Part shown: positions 36,839 through 44,533 of the stretch, one piece after another
How the letters are laid out: each line of letters starts with the position of its first letter
Position numbering within the stretch: the first letter of the stretch is position 1
Source: a virus
DNA length: 64,000 nucleotides
IMG/VR virus record: IMGVR_UViG_3300009777_000113
Location: 519-64,518 of that record
Direction: 5' to 3' (one strand)
The notes under the pieces: model-generated
Databases searched by the model: none
Told to the model about the DNA's origin: nothing
What the model saw: the letters and a program-made list of their open reading frames with translations, nothing else
Position numbers and translations under genes: made by a program

Positions 36839-37527
36839 ACGATCATCCCATTTCCTTGAGACATTCCCGCACCTGATCCACTTCCAGGAGCAGCAACTCC
36901 CATGACCGAATCTCCTGTGAACATGGAACTCAAAAGCCAAATAGAAAATTGTTCGACGATGGTGTCCTCGATTGCCTGATTCAAAATGTGAAGCGATGCC
37001 TTGGGCAGATCAAAGGGAGAGCTTAGGCGAGATTCAATTTCAGATTTTATACTTGCTGGACTCGTGCCTGAACCCAAAGTTCCAATTGGCGCGGGTGGTG
37101 TCGCTCCTGTAGCATTAAAAGACCCAGGAGAGAGTGGTGTAGCCGTTGAACTTCCGAGGTAGGGAACTGCGCTAAAAACAAAACTTGTCGTCCAGAGATT
37201 GAATTTTTCTTTGAAGACGTCCTTTAGAACTCCGACATATTGTTCAAAGGCAGGAGCTGAGTAGGTGCTGACTGCGATTTCAAGGGGCGAGCCTTCAGTG
37301 ATTGTGCCGCCACCACCAGTCCCACTCCAGACACCAATGCCCAAACCTGTGACGTTATTCTTGCCTCCGGTGAGGCCCGATTGCCAGCTGCTCCACTGAG
37401 AGGCAAGTTGGCTCGACAGATCATTTAAGAACTGATTGAAACTCGAATGCCGTGGAGATTGAAACGGAGGAGTCAGCCTCCCGTCGATACCACTAAAAAT
37501 GACTGAACTGCTAGGCGCTGGCATCAT
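36835..37527 (-). CDS. Hypothetical baseplate/spike-associated protein
   Basis: Gly/Ser-rich; directly after the spike gene. Confidence 0.6.
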   Translation of the reverse strand: MMPAPSSSVIFSGIDGRLTPPFQSPRHSSFNQFLNDLSSQLASQWSSWQSGLTGGKNNVTGLGIGVWSGTGGGGTITEGSPLEIAVSTYSAPAFEQYVGVLKDVFKEKFNLWTTSFVFSAVPYLGSSTATPLSPGSFNATGATPPAPIGTLGSGTSPASIKSEIESRLSSPFDLPKASLHILNQAIEDTIVEQFSIWLLSSMFTGDSVMGVAAPGSGSGAGMSQGNGMIV

Positions 37528-38282
37528 TTGCTCGCTTTCACTGTGCTACTGCCCACCTGAATCGGAGCACCAGTAAAATCGCTGATTGCACTTGGCGTGG
37601 TAAGAACTTGTTCAAGAGCCCCACCGCCATCGATGTCGATCATGTTTCCTTTTACGGTGACTTTCCCTTGGGCGATCACCTTCGTTTCACCTTGAGCATT
37701 GATTTCGACATTGCCCGTGACGTTGATGACTTTTTTTCCACTGACTGTTTCTGTACAATCAGCGCCAATGTTTTGAACGAAGTTCGCGGCCACTTCGCTT
37801 ACTTTGTCTTTGATTATTTTTTCGATCCAGTTGCCGTCCTTATCCCACTGTAAGATCGTTCCGATCTTGTGAGAAAGCTGCACCAACTCTTCTCCTTCCT
37901 TATCGTCAAAAAGGAAAAGGTGACCACGGTTGGATTTCCAACCCATGCGTCTGGTGTAATTTATTTTGAATTCTTCAGCGATATCTGCGGCATTGCTATA
38001 AATCATGCAGCGCCAACGCGGTTCTGGGACCTCTACGTCTGCGGTATCAAAGGTTCCGTCATCAACCAAAATTTCAACTTCGATTTCGTCTCCGACTTGC
38101 GGAACAAAGAAAAGACCTGCGCCTTTGGTCGATGCAAATGGAAAGCAGGGAAGTGCTGGCTCTGGATACTCCCCATCAAATAAAGTCGGCGCGTTGAAAA
38201 ACACTCCTCCGCGTAGAGCAACGCCTAGATCGAGATCCGTGTTCCTGGTCACAATGGCGTTATGAATTTCTTTTTTTGCCAT
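37524..38282 (-). CDS. Baseplate central spike (gpV/gp5-like)
   Basis: OB-fold with FFVPQVGDEIEV, GHLFLFDDK.GEE.V.L.H..G and a beta-helix-like tail. Confidence 0.82.
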   Translation of the reverse strand: MAKKEIHNAIVTRNTDLDLGVALRGGVFFNAPTLFDGEYPEPALPCFPFASTKGAGLFFVPQVGDEIEVEILVDDGTFDTADVEVPEPRWRCMIYSNAADIAEEFKINYTRRMGWKSNRGHLFLFDDKEGEELVQLSHKIGTILQWDKDGNWIEKIIKDKVSEVAANFVQNIGADCTETVSGKKVINVTGNVEINAQGETKVIAQGKVTVKGNMIDIDGGGALEQVLTTPSAISDFTGAPIQVGSSTVKASK

Positions 38283-39724
38283 CAGTCCTCCTCTGCACTT
38301 ATCCCCGCAAGGCCAGGGAAATTAGTGATGGCCGGAGGTTTGGGACTTTTCACGCGCTCTTGCTTAAATTTCTGAATGCGCTCGTCGCTTTCACTGATGT
38401 TAAATGCGGGAGGAGCTTGCACAATAGAGTCTTCGATCACACGTCTGCAGGCAAATTCAGTGATATAAGGACTGTCCTTGCCCATTCTGTGTGTCACTTG
38501 GGTGAAATAATATTTCCCTGAAAGTTCGTTACCAATTCCTAAGAGATTGTGAACTTGTCGAGATTGAAGAACTTCTGTGCCAATGACAACACCTCGGCCA
38601 GTGACAAAGTGTTCCTTTTGTCTCTTAATGAACTCCTCAATGGCTTGTCTGATTTGAAATTCGTTTTTGAACCGCTTGTTCGGAGGAAACCTGAAACTTC
38701 TTCCGAAGGCTTTGAAGGCAACTGTCACGCCATCAGAGTTGATGGGCTTAGGAGAGAACGCCTTGGCTCCGAAACGTCTTTCTTGGAGTTCCTTAAGCTG
38801 CTTTTGCGAATCGCTATCTAGCCTCTTAAAGAACTCCATTTTAGCACCCGTGACTTCTTTGTCTTTGATCAGAAAGATTTCGAAGTCGCTACTTTGATCA
38901 TGGGCATCTAAGGTGGGTGAAAATGAAAGTAAAGTATTTCGGTAAGCTGCTTCGCCCTCATTATATACAAAGGAAAATACCTCCTTCTGCTTTGACAGCG
39001 CAGGAGGCTGAAAAAACAGAACAAACTTCTTTTGAAGAGAATCAAATTTTGAAAAGAGATCGTAGCCGTTGATGTCGGCGATCTTTTTCAAATATTCGTA
39101 GTCGCTGATTCCACGGGCTTGCACAGCGCGACTATGGACACCCTTGGTTTTTTTAATATTCTCGTAGGACCTCGGATCCTTCGTTGAAATCTCAAAGCCG
39201 TTTCGTGCCCCAATGATCGAAGCAATTTGACTGTCACGATAACCCTTGTATGAGACACCGCCCTTGGGTCTGCGACGAGCCGCCTGGTGGAGTAAATCAA
39301 AGCCCTCAACAATGAGAGAGGGAACTCCATCAGAAGGGAAGTCAGGAGTTTTCTTTACAAGCGAGGCTGCGCCAACGGTAAATAGGGAGTTTCCATAGCC
39401 CATTAAGACTTCGATGTAGTGGCCTTCGGCGAATAATTTTGAATCAATGAACGATAAGACCGATCTCTCACCATCAGAGTCGATTTGGTTTTGAAGTTTA
39501 ATTTCGAGCCTATCAAACTGGTCCGAGTTGTCTTCGTAAGTGACCTCAGAAATATAGCGCTTCACGTCTTCAGTGATCGTAAAGGGCTGTGCTCCACGGC
39601 CAGCGCGAACAATCAACTCAAAGGTGGGCGCATGAAAATCCCTTTCCACCTTCAAGTTAGAGGAGACTTGCTTTGAAGCCCCTGCGTTCATTGCGCCCGA
39701 ATTGATAAGTGATACGATCCCCAA
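38282..39724 (-). CDS. Baseplate hub / late-control gpD-like protein
   Basis: I.EV.YEDN..Q.D.L.I.L; SDYEYL..IA..NGY; G.GVV.G...L.GIG..LSGKYY...V.H. Confidence 0.8.
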   Translation of the reverse strand: MGIVSLINSGAMNAGASKQVSSNLKVERDFHAPTFELIVRAGRGAQPFTITEDVKRYISEVTYEDNSDQFDRLEIKLQNQIDSDGERSVLSFIDSKLFAEGHYIEVLMGYGNSLFTVGAASLVKKTPDFPSDGVPSLIVEGFDLLHQAARRRPKGGVSYKGYRDSQIASIIGARNGFEISTKDPRSYENIKKTKGVHSRAVQARGISDYEYLKKIADINGYDLFSKFDSLQKKFVLFFQPPALSKQKEVFSFVYNEGEAAYRNTLLSFSPTLDAHDQSSDFEIFLIKDKEVTGAKMEFFKRLDSDSQKQLKELQERRFGAKAFSPKPINSDGVTVAFKAFGRSFRFPPNKRFKNEFQIRQAIEEFIKRQKEHFVTGRGVVIGTEVLQSRQVHNLLGIGNELSGKYYFTQVTHRMGKDSPYITEFACRRVIEDSIVQAPPAFNISESDERIQKFKQERVKSPKPPAITNFPGLAGISAEED

Positions 39725-39736
39725 GTTCTAAATCTC

Positions 39737-40606
39737 CTATACAAAAATTGTCGTCGGACGGTTTCTCTCAAGAAGTTTCAATTCCCGAAGAGAAAGATTT
39801 TCCTGTGTGTTTCTTAGAGAAATGCTCTGTTGTGTAACTGGAATTTGAATGATCTCAGAGGGCTCAACGAGATTGACCTTGTCGCCTGCTTTAATGTTTG
39901 CAATATCGGGCTGTGAGCGACGTAAAATATCTCCTAAGAGGGCGTTCCCATACTCAAGGGCCGCAATCGATTCAAAAGTCTGACCCTGTTTAGCAGTAAC
40001 TACTCTTCCGATGGTGTGAAGGGATCCACCTGGAATATTGATCAAACGCTTTACCTGTTGGGCAATACCCACACCACCAACAACTACGCCTGCCGCAAAT
40101 TTAATTTGAGAAGCAAGCGAAGTCGCCGCATTGCCAACCGCTTTGTCTTCAATGACCTGAAGCTCTAAATCAACAATGGCTCCTCTGAGTGAACCATCGA
40201 TTCGAAGCTCGTCGTACCTGAGCCTCACGCCGCGCACAAAGCAGGTGAAGCTAATTTCAGTCCCTGCTGAAAACAGAAATTTCGGTGCGCGTTTCAGCGT
40301 GGAATCACGCCTTGCGAATGACTTAAGTAAATTAACCTGTTGCTTGATATTCTTGAAGCTGTTGGATGCCCACAGCCTCGTAGTGAAAGAAAATCTTTCG
40401 GCCTCGCCCCTGATCCACTGAAAGTCAGGAGAGCCTTTATTGACCGTCGTTGTCTCTCCAAGAAATGCTCCAACCGTCTCTTCCATTTCTTGAGCTAGAA
40501 ATTGGCCTTCAAATTCTTTTTCAAATCCGGCATCAATACCCGTGAGCTTCCAGGTCTTTCCTCCGAATCCAAACAACTCTCCGACAACGTCTAAAAAGCC
40601 CATCAT
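39737..40606 (-). CDS. Tube initiator/hub protein with C-terminal LysM-like (tail X) domain
   Basis: G.SPDFQW..GE...FSF; KQGQTFESIAALEYG...L...I...P. Confidence 0.7.
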   Translation of the reverse strand: MMGFLDVVGELFGFGGKTWKLTGIDAGFEKEFEGQFLAQEMEETVGAFLGETTTVNKGSPDFQWIRGEAERFSFTTRLWASNSFKNIKQQVNLLKSFARRDSTLKRAPKFLFSAGTEISFTCFVRGVRLRYDELRIDGSLRGAIVDLELQVIEDKAVGNAATSLASQIKFAAGVVVGGVGIAQQVKRLINIPGGSLHTIGRVVTAKQGQTFESIAALEYGNALLGDILRRSQPDIANIKAGDKVNLVEPSEIIQIPVTQQSISLRNTQENLSLRELKLLERNRPTTIFV

Positions 40607-42951
40607 CTCACCCCAAAGCTAAGGCCATTTTGAATGGACCGACGCTTAACCAAGGGATCTATGGCTCTACCATTCGCTTCGGAATTATCGATCATGGCGC
40701 GAGTTAAAATAATGTTGAGGTCTTTGCCTGAAATTTTCGTTTCAAGTTTTCCGTTCAAGACCACAGATTGCGAACCTCCGCCTTGAGCCGGTGCCTGGCG
40801 AGAACTTTTAAGTGCTTGAATGATCTCTTCGCTTGGAGGAGCCGAGATCGCTTTTTGTTTGATGCTCTCAGACTGCAGTTTCTGATTTTCTATTCCAGTT
40901 TGAAGGAATTCTGGCACAAGCTTTGTCGGTGTAGACTGCGGAGTTTCAAATCCTGCGGAGAACACGTTTTGAAGTTTGGCTCCCGATTCATCGCCTGCTG
41001 ACTCGGCCTCTTTTGCCTTCCCAAAGAACTTATCTTTAAGGCCGCCGAACATGCCGACCGTTCGTTCAAAGAGGCTCGGCCCTTTCAACAGGCCCACTTT
41101 CCTTAACAAGAAGTCGATACCGAACACCACCGCACCGATTGCGGCACCAATCGCAGCAATTTTAAGAGCTACGAGCCCAACTGGTCCCATGAGAGCCAAA
41201 ACGCCCACACGGAGAATCGACATCGCGGGACCTGCGATTGTGGACAGAAGAGAAAGCATTTTAGTAACGGTGAATAGTCCGCCCATGCTGAGAAGTCTTA
41301 AGGCACTGAAAGCAAATCCAGCAGTCGATCCTAAAATTGAAACACTTGCTGATACGAGGCTGAAGAGAGATGCGACACTTGAAATAATTGGGGCTATCAC
41401 AAGAAATCCAACTGAGATCGCGCCAATCACGGGACCGACAACGGCACCAACTACAAGAATCTTTGCGGCGAGTTTTCCAAACTCTTGCGCGGTCATTCCT
41501 GTTTCACCCAAGATGGGACGTAAGAAATTTTGAATCGTCGTGAAGGTTTCCCTGGCTGTAACTTTTAGCTCTTGAAGTCCTTGAATGAATCCTTGTGCAA
41601 ATTCTGTCGAAGCCTGAAGAAGTCCAGCAAACTGATTATTTTTTAAATCATCAAGAGCTTGTCCGGTGATTTGCTTTCCAGAAGCCGCTTGTTGAAAGCC
41701 TAGAGCGAATACAGAGAATAAGTCGCCAGCAGCACGAAGAGGCTGGCGCAGTTCTTTTGTGAACTGACTGCCCATCTCAATCGTCAAACTGTCGATAGCT
41801 CCACTAAGTTGCTCAACATCTCCTTTGAAGTTATCAAGCCGGATCCGCGCCATTTCTTTTGCAGTCCCTGCAGCTCCGGCAATTTGAAGCCTCATTGCAA
41901 CAAGTGTGGGGAGTGTTTTTCCCATTTCAACGGTGACATTGTCGCCGGTGACTTCAGCTCCTCGCTTGATGGCATCGAAATTTGCCTTCGAGATGGTTGT
42001 TGTCTCTAGGAGTTTTGATTGGAACGCACCAAAAGCAGTGGCTCCGCGAATACCGAATATTTCTGCGGCTTGCGCGGTTGCCTCAAGCGGATCTTTAGCT
42101 CCTTGAATGGCTTTTGAAGCGTTAGCCATAATGACTTCGAGTGGGAGAAGTTGTTTCACTCCATTGACTGTTCGAATCGTGGCTCGTTCCAGTCCATCCT
42201 TCCCTCCAAAGAGCGTGAGAGCTTCCTTCGATGGTTTTGCGAGTTGAAGGATTGCATTCTTTAACGCTGTACCTGCAAGACTTCCCTTAACGCCCGCATT
42301 GGCGAGAACGCCCACGGCAGATGCCGTTTCTTCAAGTGAAAGGCCCGCATTCTTGGCAATTGGGGCCACAAACTTCATCGCTTCTCCAAGTTCAAGGAAG
42401 TTTGTATTCGTCACTGCCGTTGTGAGAGCCAAAGTATCGGCGACTTTTATTGCGTCACTGGCCGGACGTCCGAATGCACCCAATTGACCAGCCACGATGT
42501 CAGCGGCCTCTGCCATGCTAACAGATGAAGATGCTGCAGCATCGAGGACACCTGGAAGAGCCGCGACAATTTGCTCGGCGGTGAATCCGGCTTGCGCTAA
42601 AAGCTCGGCTCCCTCTCCCGCCTGTTTTGCCGTAAAGACCGTTGTTGCTCCTAAGCGTTTAGTGACCTCTGTGATCTGCGCCATTTCATCATCATTGGCG
42701 AGCAGCACCGCTTTGACGTTTGACATTTGTTGTTCGAAATCCGCTGCAGTTTTCGTCGCAAAGGCAAGGCCCAGAGTCATCGGCGCACTGACAAGTCCAA
42801 TAGACTGGCCAGCTTTGGCAATTCCGCTTAAAGCTTTGTTGGCCTTAGAAACACTACTCTGAAGATTTTCAAATTTGGACTTCGTGCGCGTGAGCGCAGC
42901 TTCTGCCTGAGAGGAGCTAAATTTTAATATTGCGTTAAAATTAAAAGCCAT
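40603..42951 (-). CDS. Tape measure protein (TP901 family core)
   Basis: ADFEQQMS.V.A, T.FTA.QA.EG...LAQAGF, GVKGS.AGT.L; hydrophobic C-terminal half. Confidence 0.92.
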   Translation of the reverse strand: MAFNFNAILKFSSSQAEAALTRTKSKFENLQSSVSKANKALSGIAKAGQSIGLVSAPMTLGLAFATKTAADFEQQMSNVKAVLLANDDEMAQITEVTKRLGATTVFTAKQAGEGAELLAQAGFTAEQIVAALPGVLDAAASSSVSMAEAADIVAGQLGAFGRPASDAIKVADTLALTTAVTNTNFLELGEAMKFVAPIAKNAGLSLEETASAVGVLANAGVKGSLAGTALKNAILQLAKPSKEALTLFGGKDGLERATIRTVNGVKQLLPLEVIMANASKAIQGAKDPLEATAQAAEIFGIRGATAFGAFQSKLLETTTISKANFDAIKRGAEVTGDNVTVEMGKTLPTLVAMRLQIAGAAGTAKEMARIRLDNFKGDVEQLSGAIDSLTIEMGSQFTKELRQPLRAAGDLFSVFALGFQQAASGKQITGQALDDLKNNQFAGLLQASTEFAQGFIQGLQELKVTARETFTTIQNFLRPILGETGMTAQEFGKLAAKILVVGAVVGPVIGAISVGFLVIAPIISSVASLFSLVSASVSILGSTAGFAFSALRLLSMGGLFTVTKMLSLLSTIAGPAMSILRVGVLALMGPVGLVALKIAAIGAAIGAVVFGIDFLLRKVGLLKGPSLFERTVGMFGGLKDKFFGKAKEAESAGDESGAKLQNVFSAGFETPQSTPTKLVPEFLQTGIENQKLQSESIKQKAISAPPSEEIIQALKSSRQAPAQGGGSQSVVLNGKLETKISGKDLNIILTRAMIDNSEANGRAIDPLVKRRSIQNGLSFGVR

Positions 42952-42954
42952 CTG

Positions 42955-43194
42955 TTACGCACCTACATATTTTCTTCTGCTCGAACTTTGTCCTAAACCA
43001 TTTTTGACCTTCTCAATTTCGGCGTTTTCTCGTTCCTTCTGGGTTCTCAGTCGTTCAAGCATCCAAGTAAAATCTCGCCGTCTCATCCCCCTGATCTCCG
43101 AATATGTAAGGCCGCCATTCATGCCGTACATCAGATTGAAGATGCCCTCCCGTACATCGTCCCTTGGGATTACAGGGACGAAGAATCGAAAAAA
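42955..43194 (-). CDS. Tail chaperone extension (GT/E'-like), likely made by -1 frameshift
   Basis: Open -1 frame overlapping the chaperone end; slippery heptamer T TTT TTC. Confidence 0.6.
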   Translation of the reverse strand, partial: FFRFFVPVIPRDDVREGIFNLMYGMNGGLTYSEIRGMRRRDFTWMLERLRTQKERENAEIEKVKNGLGQSSSRRKYVGA

Positions 43195-44039
43195 TAGTTG
43201 TAGCTCCAGTCGATCACTCTGTACCACTCGGCCTTGCAGTGAACACAAGTGCCTTTCATGGCCATCAGAGGACCAGCATTATTTTGAGTGATCGCGCTTG
43301 AAATCTTCTCGATGTCGACCTTTTTTAATTTCTTGATCACGACGTCGAGGGGATAATTTTTTGTTTTATCTCCCTCTGCCTTCACTTCCACTTGAGTCAC
43401 ACTTGACCGGAAAAGGAGCTGCTTCATTTTGCCAGCGTTGTCTGCGACATCAGACGTCGCTCTCTCCATCGCATCCCATTTGGATACGTCGTAGTGAACG
43501 GCTTGCACCACATCACCATTTTCAAGGAGAATTGGCTTAATCAGATCGTAGACATGAACACGTTTGTGGGTTTCATCTTTTTGATGGACCTCAAGAGTTC
43601 TAAGATCCGCGATGAAGTCCTTATTGAGCTTCTTGCACGACGGGCACGTCACATCCATCTTTAAGTCGTAACCCAGCTCCTCCGTGCGGAGATAAATGAA
43701 CATATACATGACGTTTGGAAACTCAAGCTGGTTGAGCGTTAGCACCTTCTGCTCATGAGGTAAGGATTGAAAGTCCTGGCCGCAAAACTGATCAAGGAGT
43801 AAACCCATCATTTGGCTCACCAAACTTCCGATATTTTTCACCTTGGACTGAATATCGGAAATCTTCTCTTCAACCTCCATGTCCCATTCAATAAAACTAA
43901 AGGATTTGTCCTTTGGCTTTTGAATATTGAGCGTATTTGGAAGGATGGGAAGGTTGGGGCCGAGTTCATCAAGAGTGGTTATCTTGTAAAGCTCTGCATT
44001 TTTATTTTCTGTCATTTCGTTTCCTCCAATTAACGGCAA
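43170..44039 (-). CDS. Tail assembly chaperone (with CxxC motifs)
   Basis: Between tube and tape measure; CPSC and CVHC. Confidence 0.7.
   Translation of the reverse strand: MPLIGGNEMTENKNAELYKITTLDELGPNLPILPNTLNIQKPKDKSFSFIEWDMEVEEKISDIQSKVKNIGSLVSQMMGLLLDQFCGQDFQSLPHEQKVLTLNQLEFPNVMYMFIYLRTEELGYDLKMDVTCPSCKKLNKDFIADLRTLEVHQKDETHKRVHVYDLIKPILLENGDVVQAVHYDVSKWDAMERATSDVADNAGKMKQLLFRSSVTQVEVKAEGDKTKNYPLDVVIKKLKKVDIEKISSAITQNNAGPLMAMKGTCVHCKAEWYRVIDWSYNYFFDSSSL
43188..43194 (-). other. Predicted -1 ribosomal frameshift site TTTTTTC
   Basis: TAT TTT TTC in the chaperone frame, a few codons before its stop. Confidence 0.6.
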
Positions 44040-44073
44040 AAGCCATTTTGTTAGGAATTGTTAATTTCAATTT

Positions 44074-44517
44074 TTAAATCGGCTGAACACTATCTGCCGA
44101 AAATGTCCATTCAACGAGAGCGGGTTCGCCTTCGTTTGCATGGTCAAGATCGGGGGTTTTCTTTTTGGTAATCCAAAGACCTAAGATCGAATTTGAGGAC
44201 GCCACTTGCCCGTGAATATTTCTTTTGATGAGGGTTCCGACCTTTTTATAAGTCGGACTCACGGGGTCTTTTCCCTCTTGAAACCAGAACTCAAGCGCGG
44301 CTCGCTCTGCTGTGTGGTGCTCAAACGTCATTCCGGTAAACTCGACAGGCTTTCTGTTTCCACCGGAGGCTTTCGTGCGGTCGGGCAGATCAACCGACTC
44401 GTTTTCGACCTCAAACCCACTGAGCTTTGTAAATACAATCGGAGGAAGACCCACGATGATCAGCTCATAGTTATTAACTGGTATGTGGCCCGATTGAACC
44501 GTTCCCTGTAATGGCAT
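44074..44517 (-). CDS. Tail tube protein (T4 gp19-like)
   Basis: F.K.SG.EVE, E.WFQ, KVGTLI.R, P.LD......ALVEWTF. Confidence 0.85.
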   Translation of the reverse strand: MPLQGTVQSGHIPVNNYELIIVGLPPIVFTKLSGFEVENESVDLPDRTKASGGNRKPVEFTGMTFEHHTAERAALEFWFQEGKDPVSPTYKKVGTLIKRNIHGQVASSNSILGLWITKKKTPDLDHANEGEPALVEWTFSADSVQPI

Positions 44518-44533
44518 AAATTATTCTCCCTCG

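Noticed and set aside
40976-41533. 185-aa + strand ORF (likewise 61205-61780, 58813-59310 and many others)
   Set aside because: Shadow ORFs antisense to clear structural genes.
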